Shown in pieces: positions 52,567 through 64,000 of a stretch of 64,000 nt of DNA; the stretch's first letter is position 1; every line of letters starts with the position of its first letter. Position numbers and translations under genes: made by a program. Origin of the DNA: Eledone cirrhosa (taxonomy: Eukaryota); NCBI GenBank assembly GCA_964016885.1, contig OZ024758.1, positions 13,764,001 to 13,828,000 of the forward strand, in the 5' to 3' direction. The notes beneath the pieces are model-generated. The model saw only the letters and a list, made by a program, of their open reading frames with translations, was not told where the DNA came from and made no database searches.

Positions 52567-52782
52567 TTAACCTTTAGCATTTACATTACTCTATCTATAC
52601 TATTGTATTTTCACAGTAAAGACTTTACCTCACATAATTATCTCACATCATATCGATTTTGATGTTATTTATTTTGAGAACAATGCCTTAACGTCAGTAT
52701 GAGTGGCCAGTTACTGCCGGTTTGAACAGAAAGAGGTGAGAGAATTCTGGCCTGATATGGCTGAATAATGCTGAATAGTTAA
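52567..52782. mobile_element. piggyBac-type MITE P1 (degenerate right end)
   Basis: TTAA-CCTTTAGCATTTACATTACTC... internal consensus ...TTAA. Confidence 0.8.
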
Positions 52783-53116
52783 GACGGCCATAATTCTATA
52801 GAGAGGGAGAAGTTACTGTGATAAGTACACCAATGGGACTTTTAAGATGACCATAACCTCTATACAGAATTCAAATAGCCAGTACCATGTTTCAGAGAGC
52901 AATTAGACATGTCGGAAATTACATTGATGTTGTCATCGTTTATGAAGATGATGTAATGTATTGGTGGTAAAACTGTTAGAAAAATCTCTAGATCAAGATG
53001 TAGATAATAGGACAATAAAGAAGGTTTCAATTATCAATAAAGTTACATGTGTTAGAGACTGGTGAATTGTGATTTTGGATATATAGACTAGCAAAGGAGA
53101 GGATGGATGTGTGTGG

Positions 53117-53151
<35 letters not shown>

Positions 53152-53554
53152 GAGAGAGAGATAGAGAGAGACTGGCAAAGAAGAGGATTATATATAGACT
53201 GGCAAAGAAAAGGATTAAATATATGTATATGAGAGAGAGGCAAAGCAGAGGATATATATATATATAATATATATAATATATATATATATAGAGAGAGAGA
53301 CTGGCAAAGAAGAGGATGTATAGATAAACTGGCAAAGGAGAGGATATCACCAAATTATTATTTATTACTGAGAATTATGGATATATAAATAGCAGAAGAC
53401 GAGCAATATGTTTCTGAGGCCTGTCAGTTTCTATGGAAGATTTATTGGCCACAATTTAGACTACATATTGCTATTAGTATCACTTTGTAAATGTGATGTA
53501 CCATTTTCATGGGAAGTCACACAACAAAAGGTATTTGAGCATATAAAGCTGAGC

Positions 53555-54260
53555 ATACAGCACAACTCTTGGCTTATTACAACACTGTACAGCACAGCTC
53601 TTGGCTTCTTACAACACTGTACAGCACAGCTCTTGGTTTATTACAACACATTCAGCACAGTTTTTGGTTTACTACAACACATTCAGCACAGCTCTTACCT
53701 TCAACGCTGTACAGCACAACTCTTGGCTTATTACAACACTGTACAGCACAACTCTTGGCTTATTACAACACTGTACAGCACAGCTCTTGGTTTACTACAA
53801 CACTGTACAGCACAGCTTTTGGCTTCTTACAACACTGTACAGCACAGCTTTTGGTTTATTACAACACATTCAGCACAGCTCTTGGTTTACTACAACACTG
53901 TACAGCACAACTCTTGGCTTACTACAACACTGTACAGCACAACTCTTGGCTTATTACAACACTGTACAGCACAACTCTTGGTTTACTACAACACTGTACA
54001 GCACAACTCTTGGCTTATTACAACACTGTACAGCACAGCTCTTGGTTTACTACAACACTGTACAGCACAGCTCTTGGTTTACTACAACACTGTACAGCAC
54101 AGCTCTTGGTTTACTACAACACTGTACAGCACAACTCTTGGTTTACTACAACACTGTACAGCACAACTCTTGGTTTATTTCAACACTGTACAGCACAGCT
54201 CTTGGTTTATATCGATAGTATACAGCACAACTCTTACCTTATTACATCACATTCAACACA
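53555..54260. repeat. 32 bp minisatellite, ~22 copies
   Basis: Unit ACAGCACARCTCTTGGYTTAYTACAACACTGT. Confidence 0.97.
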
Positions 54261-54628
54261 GGGTAGACGTTGGATCAAGTTATTTTATCAATAGGACGGC
54301 CATCTTAACCAGTTTAAGTTAAATGAAAGGTTAGATAAATTGTTTCTTTTAAAAGTTTATATTAGAATAATCGTATGACTTCTGTAGAGAATCTATTTTT
54401 AAATTCTTTTCACAGTCACCATGCTGCGATCAATCATTTTCACTATTACATTTTAATGCATTCAATTATATTACATTATACATCACTTAGTATGGGATAA
54501 ATTATACAAATCATTGAAATGTGTGTGTGTGTGTGTGTATGTATGTGTATATGTATTTATGTATGTATATATATAAGTGTATGTGTATATATGCATGTAT
54601 ATGTGTATATATATATATGTATATATTT

Positions 54629-54720
54629 ATAAGAAATGGAAAAAGCTAAGTATTAACGTACAGGTATGTCAATACTCATCTTTTTCCATTTCTTATTGGG
54701 GTTTAGAACCCATTATCAGG
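54629..54720 (-). repeat. Short fold-back next to a decayed hammerhead-like motif
   Basis: ATAAGAAATGGAAAAAG...CTTTTTCCATTTCTTAT. Minus strand reads CTGATAA-T-GGGTT-CTA-AACCC. Confidence 0.55.
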
Positions 54721-54805
54721 CTAAAATTTCTTTAGTCAAAAATCCAGCAAAAGCTTCTATTTCTATTTTCAAACTTGCTCACTGTTTCAAAAACATACTT
54801 ACTTG

Positions 54806-54849
<44 letters not shown>

Positions 54850-54971
54850 CATAATAAACAACACAATATAATTATTCCATTACCAAAGGTTTCAGGAGAC
54901 TTGACAATCCTCACAGAAACGTCCGTCTTCCACACTAGCAAGGCTATTAAAGGTTTCAAACGACGAATAGC

Positions 54972-55004
<33 letters not shown>

Positions 55005-56387
55005 CAGGAATAGTGTATCTAGGACTACATTATTTAATGTCTTATATTTTAAGAGGGTGCAGAGAAAAATTCCGTTCCTATTTTCAGAAGGTCAAACAGA
55101 GATGCTGAAAGTCATTTGATATAGATTCTAACCTTTTATCTTTTACTTGTGCACAGATGAAAATATTTTATGTCACTTAAACATCTAATAAACGTTTTAT
55201 GGTAAAATATGTATTTTATCCTTTAATGTCCATTTTATTTACTTATTTATTTACTTGTAATTTTTTTTTTTTTTTTTTGTCCGGTTAATTTTAAGGAAAA
55301 TTTTCAAAGACTTCAGTTTTTGAAAATTCTCAAATGTTTGTAAGTTCTTAGCACAATATTCTGTTTTTCTTTTGATATACAGTTAGTTCCTGCATATTTC
55401 TGCTTTATATTTTCTCTTATAAACAAGATATAAACCAATTTTCTTGGCAATTATGTTTACAATGTCGCTGGTTCCTCACCCCATTATAAAACATTAAAAT
55501 CACAACTGTACTTTGTTCGATGTATATTTTCTGGTGATAAAATAACATAACTACTTTCTTGAGAAGGGTGAGAGGAGCAAAAAATATAATTTAATAAAAA
55601 TGGCTGGGTGGTTAAAGAATTTGCTTTGTATATAGTTAGTTATGGAAGTTATGGAAGCTCTGTAGGAATGTGTCCTCTTTGATTTTTACAGTTCAGTCTT
55701 ACTTTTCTGCATTCATTTCTATAATTCTTTGTTTTTGTTAGCATGTAATTCCATACTATAGTTCAAATTTAAGTTGACATCTTGAGGGGAGAAAGAAAGA
55801 AAATCTTGATAAAGAAATTACTTTTAAATCTAATCAATGTAATTTTTTTTTTTCTCATTTTGTTTTTCCTTAAAATCTAAATTAACTGAGTTAACTAATT
55901 TAATTAGTAATTAGTATTATAATTTAACTAGTAATTAGTATTATAATGCAGTAAGATATGCTGAGTTAGTAGAAAGTTGAATAAAACATGAAGTAATTTT
56001 AACACCATCTATTTCAATACCTTACAGTTCTGAGTTAATTTATTGGTGAGGGTTACATTTACCTTTTTAATTCTTCCTCTGGTGTGAATACTTTGTTTCC
56101 TATTTTGTCTCGTAAATCCTGAGTGGTGCATTGACATACTCCATTTCTAGGGTAGTTTTTAAAACCAGGTGGACCCATCTCCTCTCTCCAGGTCTGGGTA
56201 CAGCAGATTTCTTCCAGAGAAAGATAGAAAGGGAGAGAATGGAAGGGAGAAAGAGATATAGAGGAAGAATTGGTCCCAGTACTTGACTGGTACTTTTTTA
56301 TCGACCTCAAAAGAATGGAAGGCAAAGTTGAAAACTGATGAAGAATAAGGAGAGAAAGAGGACAGCATATCCGTGGTCTTGAGGTTG

Positions 56388-56472
<85 letters not shown>

Positions 56473-57341
56473 TTTAAAAATATTATTACTCCGTGATCTT
56501 CCACCTGGATATTATAATCTGATCCCTTCTTTTTGGACAATTACCATAACCTATAAAAGGACCATGTTGAGAAAAATACTTTGTACATGTTTTATTTTTG
56601 TTTGTACACTTATCTACACAAACAAATTTTATTCGTACATATATATATATATATATATTCGTTCATATATATATGTATATTGACTGATCTTAAAATCAAT
56701 TGATTTAGTTAGGCTTCCATGATGAAAATTATGATTGACATAGTTATTGTTAACTGACAACAACTATGTCTCCTGTATTTCTCTTTGTTATTTCGATAAA
56801 CCTTTTACTGCTTATATTTCAAGATATAATAGATTTCTTGTGTTTATAGTATTTTCAAAATATGAAGAGTTTATATACAATATCTAAAATGGTTTTCTTT
56901 CAGTTCCATATTACTAGTGAAAGACTGCCAATGATTTTTTTCAAATCACGTTGTAAAATAATCAAATTTATCAATATCAAGTTGGTGTCTGGAGTGTAAC
57001 TTAACAAAGGTTTTTTTTTTGGTTTTTTTTTACATAAAACTATGATGGATGGTTTTTAGATAAATATAAACACTACTATACAGTTTTTATTGTATAACCA
57101 AGGGCTGTTTCGGGTGGTTTGGTATCGAAAGGGTTAATAGAATTATGAGCTTTCATTCAACGATGATTGAATAGCAGCTTATATTTTCTTGTTTTGTTCC
57201 TCTATAGGTTCTTTTTCTCGTCATTGGACTGTGGCCATACTGGGGCATAGCTTAGAGGGGTTTTACTTAGTCGATCATATCAATCCGAACATATATTTCA
57301 GTTTGGTATTTATTTTATTGCTATCTGTTTATTCAAATGAC

Positions 57342-57552
57342 TTAACCCTTTAGCAATTAAACCGACCATATCTGGCCAGAATTGTTTGACTTCTTTCTGT
57401 TCAAACTGCTGCTCATACTGAAGTTAAGGTATTGTTCTCAAAATAAATAACATCAAACTCTTGTAGATTTGATATTATGTAAGGTAAAGCCTTTACCACA
57501 AAAATACATTAGTATATATATATAGAGAGTAATGTAAATGCTAAAGAGTTAA
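57342..57552. mobile_element. piggyBac-type MITE P1
   Basis: TTAA-CCCTTTAGCA ... TGCTAAAGAG-TTAA. Confidence 0.85.
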
Positions 57553-58131
57553 GTTATTGATTTAGAAATACCTACAGAATCAAACCCAGAACTGTGTGGT
57601 TGTAGAGTTAACTGCTTAACCACACAGGGGTTAACCACACAGCTATGGGTTAACTACACAGCTATACCTAACCACCCAGCTATGGGTTAATCACACAGCT
57701 ATGGTTAACTACACAGCTATGGTTAACTACACAGCTATGGCTAAGCACTTAGTTATGCCAGCATCTGCAACAATTAATTTTCAAAATTACATAGCATATA
57801 GTATTCAATATATTCATTTCTATGGGGTGGGTGTAAAATCCATCAAAATGAAATTCTATAAACAAACCTAAAATTGTGATGTGATGTGGTTAACCATTGT
57901 CAGTTCAGATTGAAATGAATGGCTTAATCAGTTTTAAATAATTCCATCTGTAATAAACCTGAAAATTTATACATGCCATTATTGATTTTAAAAACAAAAC
58001 AACATTTTTTGAAATCCATATTGATTTCTTACAATACATGACAGTATTAATTTCTGTTTAAATTTCTGTTTTGTTGTACTGATATATCTATCTTTCTGGG
58101 TTTTTTTTTCTCTCTGCTAACACTTGTATTG

Positions 58132-58545
58132 CTTTCTACCACTGCTATACAACCATCCACCCACTACCCACCCTTCTACCACTGCTATACAACCATCCAC
58201 CCACTACCCAGCCTTCTACCACTGCTATACAACCATCCACCCACTACCTACCCTTCTACCACTGTTGTACCACCGTCCACCCACTACCCATCCTTCTACC
58301 ACTACCATACCATGACCCCCCCTTCTACAACTGCTATACCACTGCCATACCACCTCCCACCCACTACCCACCCTTCTATTACTGCTATACCACCACCCTC
58401 TCTTCTACCACTGCTATACAACCATCCACCCACTACCCACCCTTCTACCACTGCTGTACAACCATCCACCCACTACCCACCCTTCTACCACTGCTGTACA
58501 ACCATCTACCCACTACCCACCTTTCTACTACTGCCATACCATGCA
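58132..58545. repeat. 40 bp minisatellite (degenerate)
   Basis: Unit TTCTACCACTGCTATACAACCATCCACCCACTACCCACCC. Confidence 0.9.
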
Positions 58546-59592
58546 CCCATCCACCATAGCTGTGTGTCAAAGAAGGGCGAGAGAGAGAGAACTTTTAATT
58601 TAAGCTACTGCAGTTTCTCCTTGAGACTGATGATTCCACTGTCTCTCTATCACATACACTCATGCACAACCACAAACTCTGCCTATCTCTCTCCAATATA
58701 TATATATTTTTTTTTTTTCTTGATTTTTTTTAGTTAATTCTATTGACTGATGAATAGCTTTTGTTAATTTTAAAACCATTCTGTTGAGAGCTTAATTCGT
58801 TTTGTGATATTTTGCAATTTTGCAATAATAACACACATACTGAATTCATCTGCCAAAACTGAGGGTTGCCCCCCTTGTCGAGTCCCATGTGGGTTTTGAT
58901 AACAGTCAGCCTTTCACTTGGCACTTGAACTAAAAGCCTGTTGAGAAAGTAACTACCTTGTTCAATCATCTTACCAAAAGCTTAACATTATTTGTCTAAA
59001 CAGACAAATGAGTTCAAATCCTGCCGAGGTTAACTTTGCCTTTCATCCTTACGGGGTCGATAAAATAAAGTACCAGTAATGAACTGGGTAATTGCTGGCC
59101 TTGTGCCTAAAGTAGAAACAATTATTTGTCTAAGCAGAAAGTACTTGATTTAGGAGTTGCAGAAACCCAAATGCTGGATATTTCACCAACCATCCAGGGG
59201 TCCGGGTATAGTTTTCAATCATATTTTATTTGTTTGACCCGGATTGCTTGGTCGTTTCTATGGCTGTGCGGATAATGGTTTAACCATCGTCTCAGTATGT
59301 TTGGCCTTTTAACGTATGTTGTAGCTCTAGTTTATAGCTTCTATGGAGCGCTTGCCACACATCTCGGCAGTTGTTTTTCGCTAATTTCCAATAACTGAAA
59401 TACGATTCTTGCTAATTTATATTTGTATATATATATATATAAGAATTAAAATATTAAAGTGTGTTGGAGTTAAACACCCTCTTCATATTATAGAAATGAC
59501 AGTATAAGATATAGCTCAATGTAATTAAATAGAGCCGAAGAATTATAAAAAATAAACCAAAGAAGCCTTCAATACATCAAAAGTCTTTATTA

Positions 59593-59630
59593 GCCAACAA
59601 TGTTTCATCCTATTAAGGACTCATCAGGGC
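59593..59630 (-). ncRNA. Type I minimal hammerhead ribozyme-like fold
   Basis: Minus strand: GCC-CTGATGA-GTCCT-TAAT-AGGAT-GAAA-C-ATT-GT-T-GGC, then TAATAAA. The element lies between TA runs at ~59427-59440 and ~59710. Confidence 0.7.
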
Positions 59631-60226
59631 AAGTAAAGCTACAAGAAGCACTATCGGCCAATACAAGCCAAAAACTCAGAAGAATATGGAGTATACATCT
59701 ATTAAAGCTTATATATATATACACATACACACAAATAAAAGGCAGAGTTAATAACTCATATTGATACCCTGAAATTAACAAGCTCAAATTATAAATACTG
59801 AGCATTATATAATAATGTATGTAGTAATAAACACAGTAAATCACGTGTCTAAAATATATATATTTATATAATCGTGTGTCTAAAATATATATATATATTT
59901 ATAAACACACACACTTATCTATCTATCTTTCTATCTTTAATGTTACTATTATACTGAATCTCCATTGTAACTACAAACTACGAATGTTGAGAGCTTTCTC
60001 CTGCTTGCTCCTGTTTTTCACAAAACAATCTCTTCAGATACTATATCTATATATATATATATATATATAGGTGTGTGTGTATATATGTGTGTGTGTGTGT
60101 ATATATATATGAGTGTGTGTGCGTATATATATATATATATATCACAATAAATTAAAGGAACCATAGGCCCTCGCCATTCCCTGTAAATAATTTGCTCAAA
60201 GGAGAAGAAATCCTGAGCTCTTTAAA

Positions 60227-60421
60227 ATACAATATGTTGGAAAGGTAACACACCAGAGAGAGATATACAGTGCGCTATCAATAAAACAGGGAAAAACCAC
60301 CAGTGTCTATAGTATGCCTTTCATAGGTTATAGATTCCATAGACTGGTGGTTTTTACCCTGTTTTATTGATAGCGCACTGTATATCTCTCTCTGGTGTGT
60401 TACCTTTTCAACATATTGTAT
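60227..60421. repeat. Inverted repeat, ~78 bp arms, abutting (TA)n
   Basis: ATACAATATGTTG.AAAGGTAACACACCAGAGAGAGATATACAGTGCGCTATCAATAAAACAGGG.AAAACCACCAGT and its reverse complement. Confidence 0.92.
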
Positions 60422-60447
60422 ATATATATATATATGTGTATATATAT

Positions 60448-60795
60448 GGCACATGGCTTAGTAGTTAGAGCATTGGGCTTGCAATCGAAAGGTTGTGAGT
60501 TCAATTCTCAGACCGGGTGATGTGTTGTTTCCTTGAGCAAGACACTTTATTTCACATTGCTCCAGTTTACTCAGCTGTAGAAATGAGATGATAGGGACTG
60601 GGGTCCCTATCATTCCACTGCAAAGTGGTCGTGGAGGTGCCACAGCAAAAAAAAGCACCCAGCACTCACTGTAAATGAGGTTGGTGTTAGGAAGGGCATC
60701 CAGCTGTAGAAATCATGCCAGAATCAGTTCCCGTCCCACCCTTGCAAGCAGGGAAAAGTGGACGTAAAATGAAATGATGATGATGATGATGAATG
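60448..60795 (+). mobile_element. SINE-B near full length in (TA)n
   Basis: Near-identical to 11817-12165. Confidence 0.9.
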
Positions 60796-61741
60796 ATATA
60801 TGTATAATATATTTACACACACACACACACACACACTCACACACCCACACCCACACGCACACCCACACACACCCACACACATATACACATACATCTAGTA
60901 TTTACAATGTTTACAATACATGATCATTATAATGAGTTTGAAACTGAATAAGTTGTTGTTGTGTTTCTCCACCTGAATCTTTAATGAAATGTTAGCCTGA
61001 AGCTAATCTGTGAGAAATGTCCACTGGTAAGAACCATTGGTAAATGGTAATTTATGGTAGAATCACTGCAGGCAATCAGAAATAGGCTGGTAGCGTATTA
61101 CAGCAGGTATTCTTACCAGCCAAGTCAACAATCTGTAAACAGGAGCATTCTTGAGGGGTTTGTGTATTTGTGTGTGGGTGTTTGTGTGTGTGTGTCTTTT
61201 GTGTGTGGGTGTGTGTGTGTGTCTTTTGTGTGGGTGTGGGTGTCTTTGTGTGTATGTGGGTCTTTTTGGGTGTGTGTCTTTTGTGTGTCTTTGTGTGTTT
61301 GTGTGTCTTTTGTGTGTTTGTATGTCTGTGTGTGTGTATGTGGGTCTTTTGTGTGTGTGTTTTTTGTGTGTATGTGTGTGTGCGTTTGTTTTTTGTGTGT
61401 GTGTGTAATCAGTCATTTTTAGGCGTGTGTGTGTGCCTTTTGTGCATGTGTGTGTGATTACAGTTATTTTTATGTGTGTGTAGATTGGTTATCTTAGATT
61501 GATAACATATCGCCAGAAGCCAGTTTCTGTTATGTTGACATATACCGGATTTAATAGACTTTATTTAAATAATGATTTTTAATTTAGGCACAAGGCCAGT
61601 AATTTACATTTGACAAGAGGGTATTAGCCCCGAAATATGTTGAAATATATTGGGTACATTGACACGTTTCCCTAACATGTTACTGGAGACCAATTAGGAC
61701 CTAAAATTAAATGTCTAACTTCATTCATCAGAAGAACAATA

Positions 61742-61866
61742 ATTTCTATTTTAGGCACAAGGCCAGCAATTTTGTGTGGAGGGGAAAATCCATAAAATCG
61801 AACCCAGTACATTACTAATACTTTATTTTATCGACTCCGTAAGGATGAAAGGCAAAGTTAACCTCA
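61742..61866 (-). mobile_element. SINE-A 3' half (long variant)
   Basis: AGGCACAAGGCCAGCAATT...TTTATCGAC.CCGTAAGGATGAAAGGCAAAGTTAACCTC. Confidence 0.8.
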
Positions 61867-63031
61867 GAAGAAGAATTTTCTGTTGTAAAGAAAATATTTC
61901 TTGAATTTTAGGAAATATTTCGAGATTTAACTGATTTTTTTCTTGTTTTTTTTTTTGTTTTGTTTTTTTTTGTTTTTTTTCTTTTGCATATAAATTATCT
62001 AAATATCCAAATATAAAATTGTGTGTTTATGAAACACAGGAAGACTGTGTATGTGTATATCTGTGTGATGTGTGTGTGTATGTGTGTTTCTGTGTGTGTA
62101 TTTCTGTGTGATGTGTATGTGTATTTCTGTGTGATGTGTATGTGTAGTTATGTGTAATGTTTGTGTATGTGTAGTTATGTGTGATGTGTGTGTGTATTTC
62201 TGTGTGATGTGTAATTTGAATAAAAGCTTTTGTCATTGCAAACTTTATATGTATATTATTTTCTTCTTCATGTGGGATTAAGTTAGGATCAAATAAGAAC
62301 CTTAACAGATTTCTTTCTAAACAAACTGATAAAACAACATTATTTTCTATTTAGAATACATTCAATTTTTGACATGTGTCAAAGAGAAATGTAATAATTG
62401 ACCAATTGGTTGTATTAATACAAATAATCAAGGATATATTTATTGGAAGATTCTTTACTATTTCTCTAATATTTAGAAATATTTAGAAAATTGTTGGTTC
62501 TGATTTTAATGAGGAAAAAAACCAAAACCAAACCAAACCAAATCAAAATTCAGAAATATTTAAAAACAAAATGAAAAGCTCAAGTGTTGGTTTCTCTTGT
62601 TAGATTGTTAAAATATTTCATTAAAAAATGTTATTAGAAAACTGAAATTTAATTTGAATTTTATATAACTGTAGCTGTCATTTCTACTTGTTTCTTGTTT
62701 TCTTTCTTTATCAGGTATTTTGTTGATTTTTTTAAATTATTTGTTTATTGTGTTTTTTTAAATTATTTGTTTATGTGTTTTTTTTATTTGTTTATTGTTA
62801 GTTGTTGGTTGTTTTTTTTTTTTTGTTTAACATTTTTTTTGTGTCCAAAGCATCTGCAATAATTGAGAATTTGTCTGCAGTGACACTCTTGAAGTCTGGT
62901 CAAATATAACATCTCGTTTTGTTTATATTCTTCAGTTAGAATGATTTCTGCAGGGGTGGGTGTTGCTTCTTTTTTTTATTATGAGAAAGAGTACATAGAA
63001 GGAAGTTGTAAAACTGACCTGGATTCAGAAA

Positions 63032-63512
63032 GGTCATCATCATCATCATTTTCATTGTCCATCATCATCATCATCATCATTATCATCATCACCGCCATCA
63101 TCATCATTTTTGTTGTTTTTTATATCCACTTTTCTGGCATGGGTTGGAAGGGATGTTTTGAGATAATGTTTGCTGGTGCCAACCCTGTTAGTTGCCTCTT
63201 AATACATGCAGGGATATTGTGTACCTATTCTAGTGGTGTTAGTAGTAGTAGTAGTAGCAGCAGCAACAATAGTAATGGTAGTAGTAGTAGTGACAGTAAT
63301 AATAGTTGTAGTGCTGATAGTAGTAGCGGCGGTGGTGATGGTGGTGGTAGTAGCAGCAGTAGTGGTAGTAGTAGTGATTGTAGTAGTAGTAGTAGTAGTA
63401 GTCATTGTCGTAGTAGTGGTAGTGGTGGTAGTAGTAGTAGTAGCATCATCATCATCATCAGTAGTAGTAGTAGCATCAGCAGCAGTAGCATCATTAGTAG
63501 TAGTAGTATTAC
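63032..63512. repeat. (CAT)n and (AGT/GGT)n trinucleotide tracts around an RTE-tail fragment
   Basis: Direct inspection. Confidence 0.85.
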
Positions 63513-63904
63513 TGTTGCTACAATAAGGGTCAAAGAAGTGTACTGCAACGTGTGTGTGTGTGTGTGTGTATGTGTGTGTATATGTAGTGGCTGGAGGGGA
63601 AGGGAGATAATTACAGATGTCTGAAACTGATTGATGAAGACACGAAAGTATTTAAGCATGAAATAGAGAAATTAGTTGCATGCAAGTGAGTCCCAGTTTA
63701 AATAAGTTTATATTTGTGTCGCCAGGATGTGAAAGTAGAAATATTATTATTTCTGTGGAGACGACTGTATGAGGAGTTTTTAAAGCTAAGAAGAAACAAA
63801 CCTCTTCACTTTGCATGGATTGGCAAGAATCGGTAGAGCGTCAGCATAGAGTTACGGCCCTTTACGTTCTGAGTTGAAATCTCGCTGGTCTTAACGTCAG
63901 GAGC

Positions 63905-64000
63905 GATCAACTCTACTGGTGTGAACATATGATATGAAACAGGGATCAGGAATGATCAACTCTACTGGTCTGAACAGCAGGTGAGATCAACTCTACTGGT
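63905..64000. repeat. Start of a tandem repeat running off the window
   Basis: GATCAACTCTACTGGT occurs three times. Confidence 0.7.

Larger units (their letters stand above)
50900..52965 (+). mobile_element. Highly decayed CR1/L2-like reverse-transcriptase remnant, interrupted by a minisatellite and a MITE
   Basis: Collinear weak motifs in shifting frames: TCIELVQQLVMII (~50955), EIDKGMDAVNVIVGEF (~51418), VIVYEDDV (YADD-like, ~52932). Confidence 0.3.

Noticed and set aside
62941-63624. 227 aa Ser/Ile-rich ORF
   Set aside because: Composed of trinucleotide repeats and an RTE-tail fragment; no splice or domain evidence.

Overview
AT-rich, repeat-saturated animal genomic DNA, not prokaryotic. 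The SINE repertoire suggests an octopod cephalopod (inference). Only one convincing host coding exon is present: 7247-9575 (+), about 776 codons of a disordered, Pro/Tyr-motif-rich signalling-adaptor N-terminus, tentatively SOCS6/7-like. It ends at a G|GTGAGT donor, and I could not identify a further exon in the remaining ~54 kb. Nearly all other ORFs in the track are microsatellite or minisatellite artefacts. The rest of the window holds tRNA-derived SINEs, TTAA-flanked piggyBac-type MITEs (some nested), Tc1/mariner- and hAT-type MITEs, 3' remnants of CRE-, Tx1/L1- and RTE-clade retrotransposons, and many tandem arrays. The most notable unannotated signal is a set of type-I hammerhead-ribozyme folds (about 5 near-intact, several decayed) in short (TA)n-anchored elements. 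Some of these elements are long fold-back palindromes, an architecture resembling Penelope-like/retrozyme-type non-autonomous retroelements. All alignments and folds were done by eye.
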